Assembly (NCBI RefSeq): GCF_030384885.1
Contig: NZ_CP128613.1
Length of the DNA stretch: 64,000 bases
Reading direction: 5' to 3' (one strand)
Source: Escherichia coli
GTDB taxonomy: Bacteria; Pseudomonadota; Gammaproteobacteria; Enterobacterales; Enterobacteriaceae
The stretch's first letter is position 1. Every line of letters begins with the position of its first letter. Positions 50,913 to 60,124 of the stretch are shown piece after piece. The position numbers were made by a program, and so were the translations under genes. The notes below the pieces were generated by a model. That model saw only the letters and a list, made by a program, of their open reading frames with translations, had not been told where the DNA came from and made no database searches.

Positions 50913-52076
50913 ATGTTTGTAGAAGCATTGAAACGCCAGAACCCGGCACTGATTTCCGTCGCACTCAGTTTGTGGCAACAGGGCAAAATCGCCCCGGACA
51001 GTTGGGTAATCGACGTCGATCAGGTACTGGAAAACGGTAAGCGGCTGATTGAGACGGCACGGCTTTACGGTATTGAACTGTATCTGATGACCAAACAGTT
51101 CGGTCGTAATCCGTGGCTGGCAGAAAAACTGCTGGCGCTGGGTTACAGCGGCATTGTGGCGGTGGATTACAAAGAGGCACGAATCATGCGCCGCGCAGGT
51201 TTATCGGTGGCGCATCAGGGGCATCTGGTACAAATCCCTTGTCATCAGGTTGCTGACGCCGTTGAACAGGGCACCGACGTCATCACCGTGTTTACCCTCG
51301 ATAAAGCGCGGGAAGTTTCTGCCGCAGCGGTGACGGCCGGGCGGGTCCAGCCTGTGCTGCTCAAAGTTTATAGCGACGATGATTTTCTTTATCCGGGGCA
51401 GGAGAGCGGTTTTGCACAGCATTCGCTGCATGAGGTGGTTGCTGAAATCCAGAAACTACCGGGGTTACATTTAGCCGGATTAACCCATTTCCCTTGCCTG
51501 CTATGGGATGAGGCTGCCGGGAAAGTTTTGCCAACACCGAACCTCCAGACGCTGGTCAATGCTCGTAACCAACTTCTGAAGTCTGGAGTTGTACTTGAGC
51601 AATTAAACGCGCCTTCAGCGACCAGCTGCACTTCGCTGCCATTACTGGCGGAATACGGTGTGACTCATGCCGAACCCGGCCATGCACTGACGGGGACGAT
51701 TCCGGCAAACCAGCAGGGCGACCAACCTGAACGTATCGCCATGCTTTGGTTAAGTGAAATTTCCCATCACTTCCGTGGCGACAGTTATTGCTATGGCGGT
51801 GGCTATTACCGTCGTGGGCATGCGCATAACGCACTGGTATTTACGCCAGAAAATCAAAGCATTACTGAAACATATCTCAAAGCCGTAGATGACAGCAGTA
51901 TCGACTACACCCTGCCGCTGGCAGGCGAGCATTCGGTAAGCAGTGCTGTGGTGCTCTGCTTTCGCACGCAGATTTTTGTCAGCCGTAGCGATGTGGTGCT
52001 GGTATCGGGTATTCAGCGCGGCGCGGCAGAAATTGTGGGGCGTTATGACAGCCTCGGTAACCCTCTGGAGGCGTAA
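50913..52076 (+). CDS. yhfX: Putative PLP-dependent enzyme YhfX (alanine-racemase-fold-like)
   Basis: 387 aa; [36 protein letters not shown]... Confidence 0.8.
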   Translation: MFVEALKRQNPALISVALSLWQQGKIAPDSWVIDVDQVLENGKRLIETARLYGIELYLMTKQFGRNPWLAEKLLALGYSGIVAVDYKEARIMRRAGLSVAHQGHLVQIPCHQVADAVEQGTDVITVFTLDKAREVSAAAVTAGRVQPVLLKVYSDDDFLYPGQESGFAQHSLHEVVAEIQKLPGLHLAGLTHFPCLLWDEAAGKVLPTPNLQTLVNARNQLLKSGVVLEQLNAPSATSCTSLPLLAEYGVTHAEPGHALTGTIPANQQGDQPERIAMLWLSEISHHFRGDSYCYGGGYYRRGHAHNALVFTPENQSITETYLKAVDDSSIDYTLPLAGEHSVSSAVVLCFRTQIFVSRSDVVLVSGIQRGAAEIVGRYDSLGNPLEA

Positions 52077-53302
52077 TGGCGCGATTTGTGGTGTTAGTGA
52101 TTGATAGCTTTGGCGTAGGCGCAATGAAAGATGTCATGTTGGTGCGCCCACAGGATGCCGGGGCGAATACCTGTGGTCACATCCTGAGCCAGTTGCCGCA
52201 TTTGCAGCTACCAACGCTGGAGAAAATGGGGCTAATCAACGCATTAGGTTATGCGCCAGGCGATATGCAGCCGTCAGACTCCGCAACCTGGGGCGTGGCA
52301 GAGTTGCAACATGAAGGTGGCGACACCTTTATGGGGCATCAGGAAATTTTAGGCACGCGCCCGTTACCGCCGCTGCGGATGCCCTTTCGCGATGCGATTG
52401 ACCGTGTTGAACAGGCATTAGTCACCGCTGGCTGGTGGGTTGAGCGCCGTGGCGATGATCTGCAATTTCTGTGGGTCAATCAGGCGGTTGCGATTGGCGA
52501 TAATCTCGAGGCGGATTTAGGCCAAGTCTATAACATTACCGCCAATCTCTCTGTGATCTCTTTTGACGACGCAATCAAAATTGGTCGTATCGTGCGTGAC
52601 CAGGTACAGGTCGGTCGGGTCATTACATTTGGCGGCCTGTTAACCGACAGTCAGCGTATTCTCGATGCCGCAGAAAGCAAAGAAGGGCGCTTTATTGGCA
52701 TCAACGCGCCGCGTTCTGGCGCTTATGACAACGGTTTCCAGGTCGTGCATATGGGCTATGGCGTCGATGAAAAAGTGCAGGTGCCACAAAAACTGTATGA
52801 AGCAGGCGTGCCAACCGTGCTGGTGGGTAAGGTGGCAGATATCGTCAGCAATCCTTATGGCGTGAGCTGGCAAAACCTGGTGGATAGCCAGCGGATTATG
52901 GATATCACCCTCGACGAATTTAACACGCATCCGACGGCGTTTATTTGCACCAACATTCAGGAAACTGACCTCGCTGGTTACGCAGAAGACGTCGCACGCT
53001 ATGCCGAACGTTTGCAGGTGGTTGACCGTAACCTTGCCCGGCTTGTTGAGGCGATGCAGCCAGATGATTGCCTGGTCGTGATGGCGGATCACGGTAACGA
53101 TCCGACCATTGGTCACAGCCACCATACCCGTGAAGTAGTGCCAGTGCTGGTTTATCAGCAAGGGCTGGTCCACACGCAACTCGGTGTGCGCACCACGCTT
53201 TCTGATGTGGGGGCTACCGTGTGTGAATTTTTCCGTGCGCCACCGCCACAAAATGGTCGCTCTTTTCTTTCCTCCCTCCGGTTTGCAGGAGACACCCTAT
53301 GA
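52076..53302 (+). CDS. yhfW: Putative phosphopentomutase-like metalloenzyme YhfW
   Basis: 408 aa; [35 protein letters not shown]..., resembling phosphopentomutase/alkaline-phosphatase superfamily N-termini. Confidence 0.8.
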   Translation: MARFVVLVIDSFGVGAMKDVMLVRPQDAGANTCGHILSQLPHLQLPTLEKMGLINALGYAPGDMQPSDSATWGVAELQHEGGDTFMGHQEILGTRPLPPLRMPFRDAIDRVEQALVTAGWWVERRGDDLQFLWVNQAVAIGDNLEADLGQVYNITANLSVISFDDAIKIGRIVRDQVQVGRVITFGGLLTDSQRILDAAESKEGRFIGINAPRSGAYDNGFQVVHMGYGVDEKVQVPQKLYEAGVPTVLVGKVADIVSNPYGVSWQNLVDSQRIMDITLDEFNTHPTAFICTNIQETDLAGYAEDVARYAERLQVVDRNLARLVEAMQPDDCLVVMADHGNDPTIGHSHHTREVVPVLVYQQGLVHTQLGVRTTLSDVGATVCEFFRAPPPQNGRSFLSSLRFAGDTL

Positions 53303-54177
53303 GTTTTGATCCGACGGGCTTCACCCTCGCCCATGAGCATCTGCATATTGATCTCTCCGGCTTTAAAAACAACGTGGACTGCCGCCTTGATCAGTATGCG
53401 TTCATTTGCCAGGAGATGAACGACCTGATGGCACTGGGTGTGCGTAATGTGATTGAGATGACCAACCGTTACATGGGGCGCAATGCACAATTTATGCTCG
53501 ATGTAATGCACGAGACGGGGATCAACGTGGTGGCCTGCACCGGTTATTACCAGGACGCGTTTTTCCCGCAACATGTGGCGACCCGCAGCGTGCAGGAACT
53601 GGCGCAGGAGATGGTCGATGAAATTGAACAGGGTATCGATGGCACGGAGCTGAAAGCCGGGATCATCGCGGAGATCGGCTCCAGCGAAGGAAAGATTACG
53701 CCGCTGGAAGAGAAGGTGTTTATTGCCGCCGCGTTGGCGCATAACCAGACCGGATGCCCCATCTCCACGCATACGTCGTTCAGCACTATGGGGCTGGAGC
53801 AATTGGCTCTGTTGCAAGCCCACGGAGTTGATCTTTCGCGCGTCACCGTCGGGCACTGCGATCTGAAAGACAACCTCGACAACATTTTGAAGATGATCGA
53901 TCTCGGCGCGTATGTGCAGTTCGACACCATCGGCAAGAACAGTTACTACCCGGACGAAAAGCGCATTGCGATGCTCCACGCGCTACGTGACCGTGGTTTG
54001 CTGAACCGCGTCATGCTGTCGATGGATATTACGCGCCGCTCCCATTTAAAAGCCAACGGTGGTTATGGCTATGACTATTTATTGACCACCTTTATTCCGC
54101 AATTGCGCCAGTCAGGATTCAGTCAGGCCGATGTGGATGTGATGTTACGTGAAAATCCCTCTCAATTTTTCCAATAA
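53299..54177 (+). CDS. php: Phosphotriesterase homology protein (amidohydrolase superfamily)
   Basis: 292 aa; [32 protein letters not shown]...; HxH metal-binding motif. Confidence 0.88.
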   Translation: MSFDPTGFTLAHEHLHIDLSGFKNNVDCRLDQYAFICQEMNDLMALGVRNVIEMTNRYMGRNAQFMLDVMHETGINVVACTGYYQDAFFPQHVATRSVQELAQEMVDEIEQGIDGTELKAGIIAEIGSSEGKITPLEEKVFIAAALAHNQTGCPISTHTSFSTMGLEQLALLQAHGVDLSRVTVGHCDLKDNLDNILKMIDLGAYVQFDTIGKNSYYPDEKRIAMLHALRDRGLLNRVMLSMDITRRSHLKANGGYGYDYLLTTFIPQLRQSGFSQADVDVMLRENPSQFFQ

Positions 54178-54187
54178 GGACAGACTC

Positions 54188-54541
54188 ATGAAAAAGATTG
54201 GTGTTGCAGGCTTACAGCGTGAGCAGATTAAAAAAACCATTGAAGCGACGGCTCCTGGCTGTTTTGAAGTTTTCATTCACAACGACATGGAAGCGGCGAT
54301 GAAGGTGAAATCCGGGCAACTGGATTACTACATCGGCGCGTGTAATACCGGTGCGGGCGCGGCATTGTCGATTGCCATCGCGGTGATTGGCTATAACAAA
54401 AGTTGCACCATTGCCAAGCCGGGCATTAAAGCGAAAGACGAGCATATCGCCAAAATGATCGCCGAAGGGAAAGTGGCGTTTGGGCTTTCCGTTGAGCATG
54501 TCGAACACGCGATTCCGATGCTGATTAACCATCTGAAATAA
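54188..54541 (+). CDS. yhfU: Uncharacterised protein YhfU
   Basis: MKKIGVAGLQREQIKKTIEATAPG... (117 aa); the track ORF starts 13 codons upstream. Confidence 0.75.
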   Translation: MKKIGVAGLQREQIKKTIEATAPGCFEVFIHNDMEAAMKVKSGQLDYYIGACNTGAGAALSIAIAVIGYNKSCTIAKPGIKAKDEHIAKMIAEGKVAFGLSVEHVEHAIPMLINHLK

Positions 54542-54552
54542 AAGGCACGACT

Positions 54553-55857
54553 ATGGATCTGTATATTCAGATTATCGTGGTGGCGTGCCTGACGGGTATG
54601 ACATCGCTTCTGGCGCATCGCTCGGCAGCCGTTTTTCATGACGGTATCCGCCCGATCCTGCCGCAACTGATTGAAGGCTATATGAACCGTCGTGAGGCGG
54701 GGAGTATCGCTTTTGGTCTGAGCATTGGTTTTGTGGCCTCGGTGGGGATCTCTTTTACCCTGAAAACCGGGTTGCTCAACGCATGGTTACTCTTTCTTCC
54801 TACCGATATCCTCGGTGTCCTGGCGATAAACAGCCTGATGGCGTTTGGCCTTGGTGCACTCTGGGGCGTACTGATCCTCACCTGTCTGCTGCCGGTAAAC
54901 CAGCTGCTGACCGCGCTACCGGTGGATGTATTAGGTAGTCTGGGGGAATTAAGCTCGCCAGTGGTTTCAGCTTTTGCACTGTTCCCGTTGGTGGCGATTT
55001 TCTACCAGTTTGGCTGGAAGCAAAGTCTGATCGCCGCCGTGGTAGTGTTGATGACCCGTGTGGTGGTAGTGCGCTATTTCCCGCATCTCAATCCGGAATC
55101 CATCGAAATCTTTATTGGCATGGTGATGCTGCTGGGGATCGCGATAACTCACGACCTGCGTCATCGTGATGAAAATGACATCGATGCCAGCGGTATGTCG
55201 GTGTTTGAAGAACGTACGTCGAGGATTATCAAAAATTTACCCTATATCGCCATCGTAGGGGCGCTGATTGCCGCCGTTGCCAGCATGAAGATTTTTGCTG
55301 GTAGTGAAGTGTCGATCTTCACCCTGGAGAAAGCATATTCCGCAGGTGTAACGCCGGAACAATCACAAACGCTGATCAACCAGGCGGCGCTGGCGGAATT
55401 TATGCGCGGGCTGGGTTTTGTGCCGTTGATTGCCACCACCGCGTTAGCAACAGGTGTGTATGCAGTTGCGGGCTTTACCTTTGTTTATGCGGTGGGCTAT
55501 CTCTCGCCGAATCCGATGGTTGCGGCGGTATTAGGCGCAGTGGTTATTTCGGCAGAAGTCCTGTTACTTCGTTCGATCGGCAAATGGCTGGGACGCTACC
55601 CATCGGTACGTAATGCGTCGGATAACATCCGTAACGCCATGAATATGCTGATGGAAGTGGCTCTGCTGGTCGGTTCGATTTTCGCAGCAATTAAGATGGC
55701 GGGCTATACCGGATTCTCTATCGCGGTTGCCATTTACTTCCTCAACGAATCTCTGGGCCGTCCGGTACAGAAAATGGCGGCACCGGTCGTGGCAGTAATG
55801 ATCACTGGCATCCTGCTGAATGTTCTTTACTGGCTTGGTCTGTTCGTTCCGGCTTAA
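54553..55857 (+). CDS. yhfT: Inner membrane protein YhfT (putative transporter)
   Basis: 434 aa polytopic membrane protein; MDLYIQIIVVACLTGMTSLLAHRSAAVFHDG... Confidence 0.82.
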   Translation: MDLYIQIIVVACLTGMTSLLAHRSAAVFHDGIRPILPQLIEGYMNRREAGSIAFGLSIGFVASVGISFTLKTGLLNAWLLFLPTDILGVLAINSLMAFGLGALWGVLILTCLLPVNQLLTALPVDVLGSLGELSSPVVSAFALFPLVAIFYQFGWKQSLIAAVVVLMTRVVVVRYFPHLNPESIEIFIGMVMLLGIAITHDLRHRDENDIDASGMSVFEERTSRIIKNLPYIAIVGALIAAVASMKIFAGSEVSIFTLEKAYSAGVTPEQSQTLINQAALAEFMRGLGFVPLIATTALATGVYAVAGFTFVYAVGYLSPNPMVAAVLGAVVISAEVLLLRSIGKWLGRYPSVRNASDNIRNAMNMLMEVALLVGSIFAAIKMAGYTGFSIAVAIYFLNESLGRPVQKMAAPVVAVMITGILLNVLYWLGLFVPA

Positions 55858-55868
55858 AGAAGGCACCT

Positions 55869-56954
55869 ATGAAGACGTTTCCTTTGCAAAGCCTGACGCT
55901 TATTGAAGCGCAGCAAAAGCAGTTTGCGTTGGTGGATACGATTTGCCGCCATTTTCCCGGCGCGGAGTTTCTTACCCGCGGGGATTTAGGCTTAACGCCG
56001 GGGCTGAATCAACCGCGCATTACTCAGCGTGTGGAGCAGGTGCTGGCTGATGCGTTTCATGCGCCAGCGGCGGCGCTGGTGCAGGGCGCGGGTACTGGAG
56101 CAATTCGCGTCGGGCTGGCAGCTTTGCTCAAATCGGGGCAGCGTCTTCTGGTGCATGACGCGCCTGTTTACCCGACGACTCAGGTCATTATTGAGCAGAT
56201 GGGGCTGACGCTTATTACAGCTGATTTCAACGACCTGTCGGCGCTTAAAGAGGCCATTGAAGAGCAACAACCTGATGCCGCGCTGGTGCAGCATACGCGC
56301 CAGCAGCCGCAGGACAGCTATGTACTGGCAGATGTGCTGGCAACGCTGCGCGCAGCAGGTGTTCCAGCCTTAACCGATGACAACTATGCGGTGATGAAGG
56401 TGGCGCGCATTGGCTGTGAATGCGGCGCGAATGTTTCGACATTCTCCTGTTTCAAGCTGTTTGGACCAGAGGGTGTTGGCGCGGTGGTAGGCGATGCCGA
56501 TGTTATCAACCGTATTCGCGCTACGCTTTACTCTGGCGGCAGCCAGATTCAGGGCTCACAGGCGCTGGAAGTCTTGCGTGGTTTGGTGTTTGCGCCAGTG
56601 ATGCACGCGGTGCAGGCGGGGGTATCTGAACGGTTGCTGGCTTTACTTAACGGTGGCGCAGTGGCGGAAGTGAAAAGCGCGGTGATTGCCAATGCGCAGT
56701 CGAAGGTGTTGATTGTGGAGTTTCATCAACCGATTGCCGCCAGAGTGCTTAAAGAGGCGCAAAAGCGCGGCGCGTTGCCTTACCCGGTTGGTGCAGAGTC
56801 GAAATATGAGATCCCGCCGCTTTTTTATCGCCTTTCCGGAACGTTTCGCCAGGCGAATCCGCAATTAGAACATTGTGCGATTCGTATTAACCCGAATCGC
56901 AGCGGTGATGAGACGGTATTGCGGATTTTGCGCGAGAGTATTGCCAGCGTTTAA
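55869..56954 (+). CDS. yhfS: Putative PLP-dependent enzyme YhfS
   Basis: 361 aa; MKTFPLQSLTLIEAQQKQFALVDTICRHFPGAEFLTRGDLGLTPG... Confidence 0.8.
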   Translation: MKTFPLQSLTLIEAQQKQFALVDTICRHFPGAEFLTRGDLGLTPGLNQPRITQRVEQVLADAFHAPAAALVQGAGTGAIRVGLAALLKSGQRLLVHDAPVYPTTQVIIEQMGLTLITADFNDLSALKEAIEEQQPDAALVQHTRQQPQDSYVLADVLATLRAAGVPALTDDNYAVMKVARIGCECGANVSTFSCFKLFGPEGVGAVVGDADVINRIRATLYSGGSQIQGSQALEVLRGLVFAPVMHAVQAGVSERLLALLNGGAVAEVKSAVIANAQSKVLIVEFHQPIAARVLKEAQKRGALPYPVGAESKYEIPPLFYRLSGTFRQANPQLEHCAIRINPNRSGDETVLRILRESIASV

Positions 56955-56992
56955 TTCTGGGAACGATGTTTTCGCAGAGTATGGAGAAAAAT

Positions 56993-57018
56993 ACGCCCTC
57001 GGAAAATTCAGAGGGCGT
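56993..57018 (-). terminator. Hairpin terminator between convergent yhfS and yhfL
   Basis: ACGCCCTC-ggaaaattca-GAGGGCGT, an 8 bp stem; T-run on the minus strand downstream of the yhfL stop. Confidence 0.55.
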
Positions 57019-57058
57019 TAGCTCATTAAATCGGTGTTAGCCGATTTCTGTCAGAGAC

Positions 57059-57226
57059 TTACTGTGCAGTAGGACCGCAACCGCCAATGATTTTAGAAAT
57101 AGAAATTGCTGGGTGCAGCAGGTAGTCGTAAGAGCAGTTCTTATCACGGTTTTCAATATGACCAGTACATGCAGTTAACGTAGCCAGTACCGCACCAACC
57201 AGTGCAACTTTAATAAATTTGTTCAT
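57059..57226 (-). CDS. yhfL: Small lipoprotein YhfL (55 aa)
   Basis: Translated by hand from the reverse strand: MNKFIKVALVGAVLATLTACTGHIENRDKNCSYDYLLHPAISISKIIGGCGPTAQ, with lipobox LTAC. Absent from the ORF track because it is under 60 aa. Confidence 0.85.
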   Translation of the reverse strand: MNKFIKVALVGAVLATLTACTGHIENRDKNCSYDYLLHPAISISKIIGGCGPTAQ

Positions 57227-57472
57227 TTACATTCCCTATGTATTATATATTAATTAATATTCATTTATTATATGAATATAAGCAGACTGCTCATTAAGAA
57301 CGATACAGGAATATTTAATTGGCGTCAGTGAGTGAATGACTTAATTTTGTAAGTCGCTGTAACGGTGAAAATAACCCATTAGCAAATGATATTTACTAAG
57401 AGGTTATGATTTATTTACTGAATATATAAAAAGAGTGATAAAGAGGGCCAGAATTATCTGGCCCGGGTAAAA

Positions 57473-58846
57473 TTAATGGTTAGAGAACCAGTTCAATTTA
57501 TCGCGCAGGCTAACGACCCGACCAATAATAATTAATGAGGGGCTGTTCATTTGCTGCGCCAGCTCGCCCAGTTGCGAGAGCGTACCGTCAATCACGCGTT
57601 GCGTTACCGCCGTACCGTTTTCGACAATCGCCACCGGCATTTCGCCAGGCATTCCGTGTTCAATCAGTTTTTGCTGAATGGTCGCGGCCTGATTCAGCCC
57701 CATATAGAACACTAGCGTCTGTTTTTCGGCTGCCAGGTTTTCCCAGTCCAGCTCGCCACCGGTTTTTAAGTGTCCGGTGATTAAGCGCACGCTCTGAGCA
57801 TAATCGCGATGCGTGAGGGGAATGCCCGAATAGGCAGAGCAACCAGACGCTGCGGTAATACCCGGAACTACTGAGAACGGAATACCCGCATTGCACAGTG
57901 TTTCAAGCTCTTCGCCACCACGGCCAAAAATAAACGGATCGCCGCCTTTCAGCCGCACCACGCGTTTACCTTTTTGCGCTTCCCGCAGCAGGATCTGGTT
58001 AATCTCTTCCTGCGGTACGCAGTGATACCCCGCGCGTTTACCGACGAAGACACGATCCGCATCGCGCCGTACCAGATTCATAATATCGTCTGAAACCAGA
58101 CGGTCGTAGACCACCACATCTGCCTGCTGAATTTGTTGCAGACCTTTTAGTGTCAGCAGACCGGCATCGCCCGGACCTGCGCCAACCAGCACCACTTCAC
58201 CGCGATGATCGAGCGGTTCATTGATTAACTGTTCGGTCGTTTCGGTAATGGCTTTCTGATCGTTGTTCGCCAGCGACTGCGCCAGGCGATCATTAACGAA
58301 CAGTTTTTCCCAGAAACGGCGACGTTCACCCATCGTGGCGAACTGTCGTTTGACCCGACCGCGTAACTGCCCCGCATATTTTGCTACCTGGCCGAGATGC
58401 AGCGGCAGCAGTGATTCAAGTTTTTCGCGCAACAGTCGCGCCAGAACCGGAGAGGTGCCGCCAGAGGAGACCGCTACCATGAGAGGGGAGCGGTCAATAA
58501 TCGACGGCATAATAAAGCTGGCGGCTTTCGGCGCATCGACCACGTTACAGAAGATACGACGAGATTCGGCGGCTTCGCTGACACGCTGGTTAAGCGCGTC
58601 ATCATCCGTCGCCGCAATTGCCAGCCAGCAGGTGTCGAGAAGGCTTTCATCAAATGGCCCTTCGACGAGGGTTAACATGCCTGCATCTGCCCATGCGGTG
58701 AACTGTGGAATAAACGCTAATGCATTCACCGTTAAGCGAGCACCTGCGTCTAACAGCAACCTTGCTTTGCGTTCCGCGACATCACCACCGCCGACAATCA
58801 AACAGTCGCGGTCGCGTAATTGGCAAAATATAGGCAAATGATCCAC
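57473..58846 (-). CDS. cysG: Siroheme synthase (multifunctional)
   Basis: 457 aa; [43 protein letters not shown]... Confidence 0.96.
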   Translation of the reverse strand: MDHLPIFCQLRDRDCLIVGGGDVAERKARLLLDAGARLTVNALAFIPQFTAWADAGMLTLVEGPFDESLLDTCWLAIAATDDDALNQRVSEAAESRRIFCNVVDAPKAASFIMPSIIDRSPLMVAVSSGGTSPVLARLLREKLESLLPLHLGQVAKYAGQLRGRVKRQFATMGERRRFWEKLFVNDRLAQSLANNDQKAITETTEQLINEPLDHRGEVVLVGAGPGDAGLLTLKGLQQIQQADVVVYDRLVSDDIMNLVRRDADRVFVGKRAGYHCVPQEEINQILLREAQKGKRVVRLKGGDPFIFGRGGEELETLCNAGIPFSVVPGITAASGCSAYSGIPLTHRDYAQSVRLITGHLKTGGELDWENLAAEKQTLVFYMGLNQAATIQQKLIEHGMPGEMPVAIVENGTAVTQRVIDGTLSQLGELAQQMNSPSLIIIGRVVSLRDKLNWFSNH

Positions 58847-58864
58847 GTAAAAACCCCTTAATAA

Positions 58865-59671
58865 TTAACCGGCAGCCGTTTCAGTTTGATTAAATTTGTC
58901 CGCAACCGGACGATTAGCTTTCGGCGTAGCATACCAATAACCCAATCCCATGAATACGGCACCCGATAAAGTATTACCCAGCGTCACCCACAGCAGGTTA
59001 TGACCAATACCCGCCAGCGTGTAGGCTTCGCTGTGGTTGCCGAACCATGAGAGCGCGAACAGCGTCATGTTAGCGATGGAGTGCTCGTAACCGGACGCAA
59101 TAAACGCCAGCAGACACCACCAGATTGCGATAAATTTCGCCGCGCCTTCAGTACGCAGTGCCATCCAGATTGCCAGACAAACCAGCCAGTTACACAATGC
59201 GCCTTTGAAGAACAGTACCATTGCCGGTGCGGTGGTTTTAGCCAGCGCGACGGAGTGAACAATACTGGTATCTACTGGCAAAAGGCTACCACCGCCCCAG
59301 CTATAAAGCATGGCAACAAAGACGGAACCGACCAGGTTACCCAGCCAGGTTTGCGGCAGGATTGCCCACATTTGCCCGTGGCTAATGGTGCCCGCTTTCA
59401 CCCCAAAGGTGAGGAACATGGTGTGTCCGGTGAACAGTTCAGAACCGGCGATAATGACCAGCGTTAAGGCGATACCGAAGGTCGCGCCCATCACCAGAGG
59501 ACGTACGGACGGATCGAGCAAATTACCGAGCGTGAAAATCAGGATGATCCCCAGCCCCACATACGCGCCCGCCATCGCGGAGCTTACCCAGAAGCCGAGC
59601 GGGTTATTTGCCGACAGGCGTGCAATGCGCGCAGCGTTAGCCGCACACTTATTAATAGTGTCTGTAAACAT
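58865..59671 (-). CDS. nirC: Nitrite transporter NirC (FNT family)
   Basis: 268 aa membrane protein; MFTDTINKCAANAARIARLSANNPLGFWVSSAMAGAYVGLGI... Confidence 0.95.
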   Translation of the reverse strand: MFTDTINKCAANAARIARLSANNPLGFWVSSAMAGAYVGLGIILIFTLGNLLDPSVRPLVMGATFGIALTLVIIAGSELFTGHTMFLTFGVKAGTISHGQMWAILPQTWLGNLVGSVFVAMLYSWGGGSLLPVDTSIVHSVALAKTTAPAMVLFFKGALCNWLVCLAIWMALRTEGAAKFIAIWWCLLAFIASGYEHSIANMTLFALSWFGNHSEAYTLAGIGHNLLWVTLGNTLSGAVFMGLGYWYATPKANRPVADKFNQTETAAG

Positions 59672-59797
59672 TTGATTATCCTTTAAAAAATAAAAACAAA
59701 AAATAAAACAAAAAGTTTAAAAAATGTCCTGCAATATACTTAAGGTCATTACAGGACAATGCAAAAAGGGGAGGCATTGCGCCTCCCGTTAAAACAA

Positions 59798-60124
59798 TTA
59801 ACCGCGTAGCTGTACCACGCCGTCTTTCACTCGTGCCTCGTAATGCTTGACGGAAAACTGTTCATCTTCCATGCATAAACCGTCGCTTAAGCGAAAACGC
59901 TGTTTTTTCAGCGGACTGGCGACCCACAGCTCGCCCTGGTGTTCCGCAATCAGCCCGCGTGACAGCACGCTGGATTCGAAGAACGGATCGATGTTGCTGA
60001 TCGCAAACACCTGGTCGCTGTGATACGGGCGGAAAATCGCTACCTGCTCGTCACCTAACAGCGCGCAGACGCCGGTTTCAGGCAGGATGTCATCAATTTT
60101 GCAGATGTCTTTCCACTGGCTCAT
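59798..60124 (-). CDS. nirD: Nitrite reductase (NADH) small subunit
   Basis: 108 aa; MSQWKDICKIDDILPETGVCALLGDEQVAIFRPY..., Rieske-like. Confidence 0.95.
   Translation of the reverse strand: MSQWKDICKIDDILPETGVCALLGDEQVAIFRPYHSDQVFAISNIDPFFESSVLSRGLIAEHQGELWVASPLKKQRFRLSDGLCMEDEQFSVKHYEARVKDGVVQLRG

Noticed and set aside
52640-53979. 203 aa and 274 aa minus-strand ORFs over yhfW/php
   Set aside because: Antisense to co-directional operon genes; His/Arg-rich.
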